Below, piece after piece: positions 48,148 through 60,181 of a stretch of DNA of 64,000 bases. The position numbers and the translations under genes were made by a program. Source of the DNA: Marsupella aquatica (taxonomy: Eukaryota > Plantae > Marchantiophyta); contig OZ316894.1 of assembly GCA_973895155.1 (NCBI GenBank), forward strand, positions 13,883,580-13,947,579, in the 5' to 3' direction. The stretch's first letter is position 1. Every line of letters begins with the position of its first letter. The notes beneath the pieces are model-generated. The model was not told the DNA's origin. It saw nothing but the letters and a program-made list of their open reading frames with translations, and searched no databases.

Positions 48148-51100
48148 GGGCCTGACCTCCGTGACAGGAAACAGTAAACAGGAAAAATCATAACAGGAAA
48201 AATCAAGGAAGATAACAGGAGTTTTTGCGCTCACGTTGTCATAATGGGATAAGTTTACTAGCGTCGGGCGCTAGCCAAAATACAATGGTACGTTTTCATA
48301 TTAGTTGCAAGGGTTACAATTAGCAAATTACATCACATGTTAGGCAAACAAAATGTGCATGGTTTATTGGAAAATATGTAATTTATATTTTTTCAGTGGA
48401 TACTTAACATTTTGGCAAGGGTTATCATTAACACCCCCTCCCGACGCTAGCCAAAATACCATCATAGTCTTTACATAGTGACAAGATTTACAATTAATAT
48501 ACAACAAATTCATATGTTTGTTGAACGCTTACAAAAATGCAATATACTTCTCCTATAATCCAAGTGCGTATTTCTTGTATTTGGCCAAATCTGATCCTCT
48601 TTAAATTCTAAGGAGGAGACTTAAAGTGTACATCATCATCAAGTTTATTGAAAGAGTGCTTACGTGAGGGGCACAGTCTTGGCCAAAAAAATCTTCATTT
48701 GGAAGATTTTTTAATCTAATTTCTAATTAAATCAAACCTTCAATATAGGAAATCTCATGGATGTTTTTGTAATTTCTTGAACATAAATATCAATGTATGG
48801 ATATAATTTCATATGGGTAACAAAAATTTATGAACCCATGTGACGGATATACACACAAATGGGATCAAATTATAAAATCAAGTGTGATTTGAATCTTTAT
48901 TTCGCAAGAAAATCTGGGACAATATTAATTTGACTAGTGTTTAAATTGTCTTTTTCAAACCACAAACATCATTATATTTTTCAAGTTGTTGATTCTATAT
49001 ATGTGGGTTGTTGTTATTTTCATAAAATTTCTTAGAATTACTTCTAAATTATTTTCATAAGAAGGTGATGTGCTTAAGAAAATGAGAAAAGTTTTGGGCT
49101 ACAATAGGATTAGAGTTTGACGGTCTCTAGTGACCCCAAAATATCTAGTATAGAACAAGGAAAATATGATAGTAATGCCATACTCTACTATACAAAATTG
49201 GCATAATTTGATGTGTTTAAAGGTCATGAAGATTAAACTATTGGATTAAATCTAGGAATAAATCCCATAATAGCTCCAGATGCAAAAGAAATTGAGACAA
49301 ATTGAATATATTTATATGATATAATCCATAATTTAGTACCTAATTGCTATCTCAATAGTCCTAAAATCTTGTGCAGAATGTATAATAGCACTAGGCGCTA
49401 TCATAAATCATATTTATTTGACGTATTGATTGATAAAAGTAATAGGTGCTATCATCAAATGACACATTTATGTGTAAAACATCCATCATTTTTTAAAGAA
49501 AATTTGGCAGAAGAGTTAATTACAAGAAATAATAAACATAAACCCATACAACAAATTTAATAAAAAAGATACAAATGTTACTAGCGTCGGGCGCTGGTAA
49601 TATCCTACTTGGCTTGACCCCTCTAAGAATGATATTATTTTAAGAATTTTTATACAAAAATTGAGCTAAAATTAGTATAAAACATTTAAAAATGTTACTA
49701 GCGCCGAGAGCTAGTAATATTCAACTCACCAAGACACTCCAAAATGACACTATTTTGAGTGTCTTTATGAGTAAAAATTAAGCAAAAAAGGATATAAAAA
49801 TGAATTAACATTACTAGCGCCGGGAGCTAGTAATGTCACACCCACCTAGACCCTCCAAAATGACACTATTTTGAGTGTCTTTATGAGTAAAAATTAAGCA
49901 AAAAAGGATATAAAAATGAATTAACATTACTAGCGCCGGGAGCTAGTAATGTCACACCCACCTAGACCCTCCAAAATGACACTATTTTGAGTGTCTTTAT
50001 GAGTAAAAATTAAGCAAAAAAGGATATAAAAATGAATTAACATTACTAGCGTCGGGAGCTAGTAATGTCACACTCGCTTAGACCCTTTAAAATAACATCA
50101 TATTGAGTATATTTGTGAGAATTTTTTTAGAAAATTGGGCTATAAAAATGAATTGACATTACTAGCGCCGGGAGCTAGTAATGTCACACTCGCTTAGACC
50201 CTTTAAAATAACATCATATTGAGTATATTTATGAGAACAAATTTTGAAAATTGGGCTATAAAAATAAATTAACATTACTAGCGCCGGGAGCTAGTAATGT
50301 CACACTCGCTTAGACCCTTTAAAATAACATCATATTGAGTATATTTATGAGAAAAAATTTTGAAAATTGGGCTATAAAAATAAATTAACATTACTAGCGC
50401 CGGGAGCTAGTAATGTCACACTTGCTTGGACCCTCCATAATAGAACCATTTTGAGAAATTTTTAAGAGAAATTTTTCGCAAAAAATGTAGAAAACAAAGG
50501 AACATTACTAGCGCCAAAAGCTAGTAATGTGACTTTGGCCCAAACCCTCTAGAAAAACATTTTTTTGAGTCTGTGACCTTTAATTATTTACTGATATACC
50601 GCCTATTTCACTAGTAGTATTACCGTTTTATCTCTTGTGTTTGCTATTGTTGTTAAATGCACCAAAGGATATTTTAGAAGGTCATGTAATTTTGCAAGTA
50701 ATAAAGAAATATCTATGTAAATGAGACCTCACCAAAGAGGACTTTTTGTTGGCATTGAGTGCTACTATGGTAATATGAACAAAAATGACTATAGCCTAAA
50801 GGATATATTTTGATAAGCGCCAGGCGCTGATATAAATTTTGGTCAAAAGCAATGGCTCTAATTATCAAATTTATTATAGTAGTTTGTGGTGCTACTATAT
50901 TATATCATCATTTGTAATGTTTTAATGGCTATATTATCACTAATATTATCCAATGTCACGGCTGCTGACCTTGTTACTAGAAAAAAAGAACATAGCATCC
51001 TCTAATGGTCTAAGGCGGTTCAATCAAAATTTACAATATGTCAAACTCTTCATCATTGGTTAGAGCATTCAATGACCAGAGTGTATTGCATTTGATAGCA

Positions 51101-51599
51101 AGAGTATATCTTTTTGCTCACATCACTCTACGTGAGGATGTTAACCTTTGATCAATCCACACATTTACAATCTTCTAGGTAGTACTTTGGAAGATGCATG
51201 GAACCCTTGATATGATGTGCTCTTTTATCGATAGTTTGTCACTACTAGACGTCCAAATCAAAGTACGATTCAATATAATTTAAGTTAGTTTGAGCATGAT
51301 AATTAGGGTGTCTAAAGGGGAATAAACTTTTGTGTTATAATCTTTATATAGTTTTGACGTCGTGCACGATAGTTTTGAGCCTTCATGTGTAGAAAATCTT
51401 TGGCGCTAGTAAAGATTTATGTCTATAATAATTGTATCTGTTACATATATTACAGTTGCTCAGTTCAAATTGTAGTGTAATTTTGGTCCCTAAAGTGGGA
51501 ATTTTCTTTCGGCATTGCGCACAAAACTCCTGTTATCTTTGACCATTTTTACTGTTATGATAATTCCTGTTTACTTTTTCCTATCACGGGGAAAAACCT
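48148..51599. mobile_element. Non-autonomous Mutator-like element (3.45 kb)
   Basis: 9-bp TSD CCTCACAAT (48139-48147, 51600-51608), ~80-bp imperfect TIRs (CCGTGA.AGGAAA.AGTAAACAGGAA...GATAACAGGAGTTTT), AT-rich with no long ORF. Confidence 0.85.
49570..50570. repeat. 116-bp tandem repeat, about 9 units, palindromic core
   Basis: ACATTACTAGC-GCCGGGA-GCTAGTAATGT at 49808, 49924, 50040, 50156, 50272, 50388 and 50502, with variants at ~49575 and ~49692. Confidence 0.92.
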
Positions 51600-51707
51600 C
51601 CTCACAATGTGTAGACGGATATGGAGACTTTAATTGGTGAGCGCATTCTGTGAGACCGAGAAGTATTTTAGATTGATATGAATAAATACAAAGTCAAAGG
51701 CTGAATT

Positions 51708-54700
51708 TCATTCCGAAATAAGAGATCCGTATTCATCAATAATCATGTCAGCACCAAGCTCCTGTTGGATTTCAAAATTGACATCTGAAGTACTTTGTTC
51801 TACCCAATAAGGTGAAGTCCAAACAGGAGTTATCAACCCCAATTCTCCACTCTTATACTCCTCCTTATTGAGAATTGAAGGAGCAGGATCCAATGATATT
51901 TCTTGGCCTCAATTTGGCCCACTTTTCCACACGTAACATCGTGCGTCGCATTCCAATGACCTCCATCCAGTTGATCCAACTCTATTTCCTTTCTTTTTTG
52001 AGAGCGGAAGGACAATAGGACTCCCCGAGTGTGAACGAACGAACACCAATTTTTCATCAGAAGCTGAAAAGAGTGTGTCAGGACAAGTTGAAGCACCTGC
52101 CTGGTTGTCAGCAGCCGTTGATGCATTTCCTCCTGGATTGATTGGAATGTCAGGCAATCCGCCAGTCTCCCCCTCCGTCTCCCCCCGAGTCAATTCTTTA
52201 GTTTCAGCTTCATTTGAATCTCCAAGCCTCATTGCGCCTTCATTGATCAGATTGGTTGAAGAAAGATGATCAAACGTATCAACCCTTGCTCCTTCCAGTT
52301 GCTCCATCTGTCCTCCCGGCGTTGTTGGATTGGGATCATCCTTGTCCAAGTTATCATCAACTTGAACTTCATTGGGCCCCGGAGGGATGTCATCTAAACA
52401 AGATGAACGGTTTGGTGCAAGTCCAATATCATCATCTACATCGTAAGGCTCACCTTGACCAACACGGTCATCCAAATTCTTGACATATGCCTCCTCTGAT
52501 GCCCCTATGCCTTCAGCCACTTTGTCAACAACATCTTCAGACTCAGAACCATCGGATTCAACAACGACAGCTACAGTTGCAACAGTGGTAGCCCATTGTC
52601 GAGAATTTTCAGCAAGTGATTCACAATGAGCTTTAAGTGAGGGAACTCTCTTGCAAAGGTAGGAAGCAAAAGCTTCCACAAAATGCCTCTCGGAGTGAGA
52701 GTCACAATAAACAAAGCATTCCCTATCGCAAAAAAATGATGTCTTCATGACTTGGCCACCGGAGAAAAAATCTAGAACCAAATCTCCCGGTTCTGACAAG
52801 GATTCAATAATCCTTCGGATCATCCGCGTGGGTTTGGCATGAGGATTAACCCACCCTCCGCGACTGCCAACTGTCTCAAATCGAGGGGCCATATTCATAA
52901 TTTTGACGGCCTCTTCCGGGTCCAAAACCGCTTTTAGGTCGTCGTTTTGTGTCCCCCCATCTGATTCCTTAGCCTTCCCCTTTCCCTTGTCGATCTTGCA
53001 TACTTCGTAATCAACATCCTTTGCAGTATACAAGAATTTTGGCTTTGGATAGTTGGGCTTGAAAACTTCATTCCAATTGACGTCTTCATCTTGAGAAATC
53101 CCCGCAAAGATAACTTCTTCAATCCCCCCACCCCAACATGAGTCATGAGGGTGCGGTTGATCATCTCAAGAATAACTCCCATACTCAATGTGAATGGTCA
53201 AAGCTTTCTCTTGTCCCAGTTTACGAAGGGCACCATGGACATTCAATGCAAGTTGTCCAGGATGAACTATTATCGTCAACAATCATGGGATTTTGTGGAA
53301 GCTCCACAATTTATTCAAAGAGAACAAGAATCTCTGCTTCAGTCCATTGTTTTTGCGGAAGCCGGCTAAAATCAACAATGGCAAGAGGGCAGGTCAGAGG
53401 AGCTTCTTGCAATGACTCTGGATCAATGGTCTTCATGAGATCGTCGCTAAAAAATGTAGCCCATGGTAGGGTCCGAGAACGTGATCCTCCGCCAAATTTC
53501 TGGCAGTATATATCATCTAGGCGGAATGCCAATGCCGTCGGCAAGATTGCGCTCTCCCACGTATGATTTGGTTTTAAAAGGTTGGCAAGATAGACCTCGC
53601 CAGCGGCTCTTCGACACCTGCTGAACTCTGAATCAATTGCTAGCATAGGAAGAACCTCCACTACTTTCCCCCAATTAGTATTTGCCGGGAAATTCACCGC
53701 ATCCTTGGTGCAATAGTAGTCTTCAATAAGGGACTTCAGTTTTCGCATGATCTTCACATCTTTGGCCAACTCCTCTATAGATGGCATGTCTGATTTATTA
53801 GAGGCATCTTTCTTTAGCAATACCTTTCTTGACTTCACCCGCGTCAGTATTCTTGTGATGTCTCGTTGTGAGATCAACTCACCATCAAAACAACGACACA
53901 TGGCAACAGTAATTGCTTTTTCAGACTTCTCATTTCCTTCTACCCCAGCTCCATCGGGAAGTTTCCCATCCAACCACAACTGGCATACCAAACTCCATAA
54001 CTCAAAAAGAGCATCGTCCGCAAACAGTAACCAATAAACATTTCGACAATCTTTTCTTCCCATGGTCATTCTTGCAAGAGCCAACCAATCCTACAATTGC
54101 AAAGGAAAGTCTGTTAGTTCTCCATAACTCAATTGTTTGATAGCACTCAGGTGCGGACTGAGACCATCCCACTCCAACACAAAACTAGACAGTATTAGTG
54201 GAAATATTCTATTGAATGTGCATGATTTAGTTTGGACTGGGACCATCCCAGTCCAGAACAAAACTAGACAGTATCAGTGGAAAAATAATCTATTGAATGT
54301 GTATGAATCCATTTGGACTGGGACCATCCTAGTCCAACGCAAAACTAGGCAATATCAGTGGAAATATTCTACTGAATGTGCATGAATCCATTTGGACTGG
54401 GACCATCCCAGTCCAACACAAAACTAGACGATATCAGTGGACAAAGATTCTACTGAATGTGCATGAATCCATTTGGACTGGGACCATCCCAGTCCAACAC
54501 AAAACTAGACGATATCAGTGGACAAAGATTCTACTGAATGTGCATGAATCCATTTGGACTGGGACCATCCCAGTCCAACGCAAAACTAGGCGATATCTGT
54601 GGAAATATTCTACTGAATGTGCATGAATCTACGGTATTGTACCCATCAAGCAGTAACACTTTGTACCTGAAATTTTTGATTGTCTTGAGCGTTTGTTTTG

Positions 54701-55272
54701 TTGTCGCCATGTTTTGGCCGGCTAGGTTTTCCACATTCCACAAATTGTCGCCTAGCATGAACGACTGTATCTTTGAAGCATGACTGAAACACCATCGTGC
54801 TATTGATCGCATTAGATCGCATTGAATGCTCAACTAATATTGACGATGGTGTTCAATGAGATAATATTCTTGACTTTCAAAATTCCAGCTTTTTCGCCAA
54901 TGCTGTCAGCTTGGCATCCTTGTTTGCCCATTCTCAAATCCATCTGGCTGCTCTAGCCGAATGTTGATCGCTAATGGCAAGGAATTGAACCTCGCCCTTT
55001 TTCATGGCTGCTACAAAGTCCCTCCTATCTGATTCTGTGTTGTCATACTGCATTAGGTTTCTATGTTTTGTAGTGTAAGGAATCAAGTCTGCTATGTGTG
55101 GTTCATGCCCCAGATTTCTTATCATGGAATTGGCCACCTCCTTTACATGGTCTGCATTCAACATTCTGTAACAGAGTCTTGCCGACGCAAGGAAAATACT
55201 ATCTACAGGAATAGAAAATATTGAATTGATCCCAAACGTATAATATTGCTCCATTTGTTGCTATGGTGTAGC
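51708..55272 (-). pseudogene. Spliced cargo gene: ParB/Srx-like N-terminus plus N6A/N4C methyltransferase-like domain and acidic tail
   Basis: Exon ~55272-54667 (R.LNADHVKEVANSM...FLAISDQHS). GT-AG intron ~54666-54091 joins KFQ|DWLALARM in frame. HAKP..IRRIIESLSEPGDLVLDFFSGG at ~52755-52845. Confidence 0.7.
54150..54630. repeat. ~79-80-bp tandem repeat (about 6 units) with hairpin TTGGACTGGGA-CCA-TCCCAGTCCAA, intronic
   Basis: Units are directly visible and lie between the GT donor (~54666) and AG acceptor (~54091). Confidence 0.9.
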
Positions 55273-55344
55273 CTAAAGTTTGCGTGGTCTTAAGGCAGAC
55301 CCTAATGTCTACATACAGTTTCATGAAATAATGGAACCTTATAT

Positions 55345-55680
55345 TTGAGTCCAACTTTGGATTAGGATGGTCCGAGTCCAAGTTTGGATTGGGATGGTCC
55401 GAGTCCTAGTTTGGACTTGGATGGTCTAAGTCCTAGTTTGGATTGGGATGGTCCGCGTCCAACTTTGGATTAGGATGGTCCGAGTCCAACTTTGGATTGG
55501 GATCATCCAAGTCCAAGTTTGAACTTGGATGGTCCGAGTCCAAGTTTGGATTGGGATGGTCCGAGTCCAGGTTTGGACTTGGATGGTCCAAGTCCTAGTT
55601 TGGATTGGGATGGTCCGAGTCCTAGTTTGGATTGGGATGGTCCTAGTCCAACCTTGGACTGGGATGGTCCCAGTCCAAAT
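55345..55680. repeat. 27-bp tandem repeat (about 12 units) TTGGATTGGGATGGTCCGAGTCCAAGT
   Basis: Quasi-palindromic units. The last one, TTGGACTGGGATGGTCCCAGTCCAA, is the exact reverse complement of the intronic hairpin. Confidence 0.9.
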
Positions 55681-55796
55681 CCAGAATCGGAGGATCGTAG
55701 TCCAAATCCAAAATTGGAGGATAGTAGTCTGAATCAAAATTTGCATGAGTTTGGTTTTAATCCATTTTTTCAGTGTGCAGGATAATAGGAAAAGGA

Positions 55797-58700
55797 TGTC
55801 TCAAAGGTTTTCTAGGGGCGATGATGTTACCTTGACAATCGATGGTTACGACGTTGGAAATGGGACAGTTCAAAAGACAGATCCGCGAGAGAGTGTTCAA
55901 AATATTGTGCTGGGAGAGAATCGAATTGGGGTTCTCATTGAGAAGGCCTTTGGTGAGACTAGGAAGCTCCCTTTTCCAATGCCTAGGGCAGAAAATCTTC
56001 ATGATGCCATTGACTCATGTGTCATCTGGGATATGTCATGTGCATATCGATCTGCGGATAAGATTACTCAAAAACGCATCAGTATTGGTAGTTGTTTGAC
56101 TCGAAAAGATAACAACATCCATAATTTTGCAAATGTAGAGGAGGATGCTTTGACCACCCTAAGGCCAGGCGATGAGGTTGAAATATTTATCTCTGGCCAT
56201 TGTGTGGCCTTTGGAGTTGTTTTCAAGATCGATCCAATGGAGAGATGTCATAACATATTACTCGGTGAGTCTCGGGTTAGTGTAAAAGTCACAGATGTGA
56301 TTCATGGTAGTAAGACTTTACCTTATGCACATGGTGGAGCTGCAACAATTGAAGAGGCAAAGGGCTCCTGGGTTCTATGGGATGTGGTTGACGTCCACAA
56401 TAAAGTATGGAATGTTGATATTGATGGGAGCAACAAATCTTCCTCTAAGAAGCAGAAGGACAAGGCAAATTTTGTTTCACAGTCTTGTTCGGCGAACACC
56501 ACGGACACTAAGTGTGACTATTTTCATCGGGCAAACTGGATGTCAGAGTTGGTTGAACTCTACATTGGTTTGGATCGAACCAAAATGGTTGCCACTGGAA
56601 CGATCACTGTCCCTCAAGTGACAGCAGCAGTTGATGATGAAATTCTTGGTGATGACCATGTTGGGATTGTTGTGAAAGATGTCGTGGCAGCACAATACTT
56701 TCCCAACATCCACAAGGGAGTAGTGATTTTGATTCGATGGCGGATTGATTCAACAAAACTAGTTGCAAATGGAAAAAATTTGTCAGACATTTTGGTGGAA
56801 GGTTCTGAGAGGATGGAATCAATGGATAGGGATGAACTCAATGCGGATGTAAGTGATAGAGGAGTACTGCGTTCAAGGCCGTACAATTTTAACAAGAGGA
56901 ATCAAGTAGATCCGAATGAAAAGAAGAGGAGGTTGTTGGAAACCAAGGCAATTTCAAAAACAACAGAGGTGTCAATTGATGACGTGAAAAGAGAAAATTG
57001 TTGCAAGTAAAAATGTTGTCTCATTATGCCAAGGGAAAACATCGAAGATATTAGGATGGAATTTCATGGGATGTCAAGCGAGTCAAAAACGTCACACATT
57101 TTCAACCTCTTTCACTATAGAGAGGATGATGTTCGTGATAAGGGACACCATGTTCTTAAGGGTATGGTCGTATGCAGACATGCATTTGCAATTATCCACG
57201 GTTTTAGCCACACCAAATATTATGATTACAAAAGGAGATATGTGGAGGGTTGAAAAATTGGGTTCCATGGCAATACGGGCTTGATGAAAACAAGGGCAAA
57301 TACCTTGCATGCACGAGCTCTGTTGGAGGCTTTTTTGACTCGAAATGCAGAGCCCATGCCTCATATGCCTTATGGAGGGACACATGGGACAGACTCTACT
57401 GAGTACCGTCTTCCGACGTGTTACAAGAAGCTAGAGATTCTGGAAGATGTGAGAACAAAGATGAAGGAAGAAGGGCTTCCTCCTGTCACAGAGAATACTC
57501 TCTACAAGATCTGGAGCAACTCATTTGCAAACTTCAGTTTTCATAAAGATGGTGCATTTGCCAAGTGTACTCTTTGTTGTGAATATAAAACAGTTTGATG
57601 CGAGAAAGAAGGAAAAAAGAACGTGTTGAAATTGAAGAAAAGCGAGCGCAACATCTTCGTGAGCACATGTCACATAGATATGTTTACTACGCTCATCGAG
57701 TGATGGCCAAACAACACCCAGGAAAATATCTTTGCATTATTCATGACAAGATGGATCAAGCAAAGACATGGATTCCAAAAATGGTTAGTACTCCTAAATC
57801 TCTTTCGGGTCATGGAATGCCGCTACCTATTGCTCTCACAGGGATGTTGACCCACGGGAGGGATCCAGGAGTTTATGCACACTTTAGTGTCACTGGCCTT
57901 TGGCCAGGAGATGCTGATTTCACAGTGACATCCTTGGCTAAGTGTCTTCGAGACCTTGAAGAGTACAATGGAGACAAGACAGGTGACATGTTGGATGGCC
58001 TTCATTGGGAACCTCGCAGACCTTTCTTTCAAGCCCTACTTGACTTTGAAGCATTTTTGACGGGTTATTTGGAACCAAAGAATATACCGATGAATAGGTA
58101 TATTGGTTATGAAGATGGAGTTGAGAGTCGGACTGAGACCGTCCCAAACCAACAAGATGAGGATGAAGGAGAAGACATGCAAGGAGAGCAAGGCAGTCCA
58201 TCGTTCAAGCCCTTGCCAAGGCACCTAACATTGCAGATGGATAATTCAGCAAAGGACAACAAAAACCAGACTGTCATGGCATTTTGTAGCGAGCTTGTGA
58301 GTAGAGGAGTATTTGAAACTGTTCAAATGTCTTTTCTAATGGTTGGTCATACGCACGAAGATGTTGATGCACTCTTTTCAAAGGTATCATATCAAGTTCA
58401 GCACAAAGAAGTTGCAACCCTCCTTGCTCTTATGGCAGAGGTATGGGAATGCGAGAGCATTCATCCAGTTCCCAGATTGATACAAGAAGTTGCATCTTAC
58501 AAAGAATATCTTCAAAATTTCAAGGTGAAAGATATTCAAGGTCACTCAAAACCTGTATCATTTCTTTTCTCTATGAGAGATAATGTACCAATATTTCAGT
58601 ACAAGTCCCATGTAAAGCAAGCTTGGGCTCCAGTTGGTGGAAGGTGCATTTGGGCAACAGATCTGACAACAAATTCTCTTCTTTTACCTAGTGGAGAGCC

Positions 58701-59557
58701 CTTAGCTAAATCCATTGGAGAGATACACAAAAAATCTGAAGAGATTATCCCATTTCTTAACAAGTACCTTGATTTTTTGAGAAGGAGTTGCACTGATGAG
58801 ACATCTATAGCATATAAGGAAAGATTTCCTCTTGTGAAATATTGGGAGAGAATTGTGGAGTTGTTGACAAATGGGCTCGCACTAGAAGGGGAGGGAAGTA
58901 CTCAATTTCCCTTGAAAAACAGATTTTGGCCTAAGACTAACCACGGCACTGGTTACAAGGTCAAGCAACCGGAACAAAGTGGTCCTCCAAGTGAAGATGA
59001 GGAGAATGCAGAGATAATGTCTCTTCAAAATGAGGTCTTGGAAGGGATGGAAGATCAAGCAACACCATTTGTTGGATCTCGAGCTGAGAGAGAACAAGGA
59101 CGATGGATTCCTTTACAGGATATTTGTGAAGGAAACTTTGTATTTCTTCGACCCGAGGATGATTGGGAGAATAAAAGTGGTGGAGGTCATTTCTGGTTGG
59201 TGAGAGCTTTGGGTTAATTTGGTGGACCCAAAGCATGAAGTCCCAACTACATCTTCAACAAACCCTTCTCTGCCTCAACAGTATGCTCCAATGTTCCCAA
59301 TTGAATGGTGGAGGCCTAAACACTCTAAACTTGATGTGACTGAGAGTGCGCGGTATCTAAATTGTTTCATGTCCACTAAGACATGGGAACGAGATCCAGG
59401 GTTTGGTGAGAATACTCAACATTGGCAGTATGCAAATTCTGCAATGTATGGTTTTAAATTTGGAATGAAAGAAGAAAACATGGCGGGCAGAGGTTTGAAG
59501 ATCCCTCGAAATGTTCTACAAACTGTCCAAAATTATCTTCAAAGGATGGACAAGTAG
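55797..59557 (+). pseudogene. Sola-like DDE/DDD transposase (~1250 aa reconstructed)
   Basis: ORFs 55745, 57026 and 57281 share a frame, separated by single stops. 57595 and 59219 are frameshifted. Motifs CTLC, IIHDKMDQ, LQMDNSAKDNKN, FLMVGHTHEDVDALFS. Confidence 0.8.
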
Positions 59558-59809
59558 ACTTAGTTGTTAGAAGCTATAATAATTAAATAGATAGTTACTA
59601 GTTTTTATGTAACTAAGATAGTCACTCATTCAAACATAGTAATTTACGTAGTTATTTACTATTCTAATAGTTTTAATTTGATACTATCTCCTCATTTTCT
59701 AAACTTTTGATCATTATATATGAATATGAATGTTTGCTTTTTCTACATAATTAAAAATATTTTTCTATTCATTCATTTCTTTTAAATGATTATAAGAAGA
59801 GTTGGTAGG

Positions 59810-60140
59810 CAAATGTACACTTTTTAGGCCAAATGTACACTTTGTTGCACTAAAAGTTACACTTTTTAGACCAAATGCACTTAAATATACACTTTTTAAG
59901 CCAAATGTATGCATTTTTCACTCAAATGTACACTTTCTAGGCCAAATGTACTCAAATATACACTTTTAAAGTCAAATGTACCTATTTTGATGTTCAAATT
60001 TACACTTTTCATTGCCCAAATGTACACTCTTTGGGCCAATTGTACACTTTTCTATCCCCAAATGTACACTTTTCATTGGCCAAATGTACACTTAATTTTC
60101 CAAGCCCAAAAGTACACTTTTCATTGCCCAAATGTACATA
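59810..60140. repeat. Right subterminal repeats AAATGTACACTTT
   Basis: More than ten variant copies, matching the left-end motif. Confidence 0.85.
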
Positions 60141-60181
60141 AATCAAATAATAATACACTTTTAATGAATAGACTGATAATG

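Larger units (their letters stand above)
46551..60177. mobile_element. 13.6-kb TIR DNA transposon, Sola-like, 4-bp TSD, with cargo genes
   Basis: TIR ATCAG(C/T)CTATTCATTAAAAGTGTATT at both ends. TSD AATG (46547-46550, 60178-60181). The empty site is visible in copy A (~36660-36680). Confidence 0.9.

Noticed and set aside
49570-50570. CRISPR array (palindromic repeat at regular spacing)
   Set aside because: The spacers are near-identical to each other and ~87 bp long. There are no cas genes and the context is a eukaryotic MULE.
54150-55680. CRISPR array or repeat-protein ORFs (54137, 54378, 55426, 55492, 55529)
   Set aside because: The whole unit is repeated with no unique spacers. The ORFs are translations of tandem repeats, and one array is intronic.
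60009-60181. C-terminal extension of the protease ORF (and likewise 2527-2659 for the RT ORF)
   Set aside because: Chimeric read-through into transposon termini.
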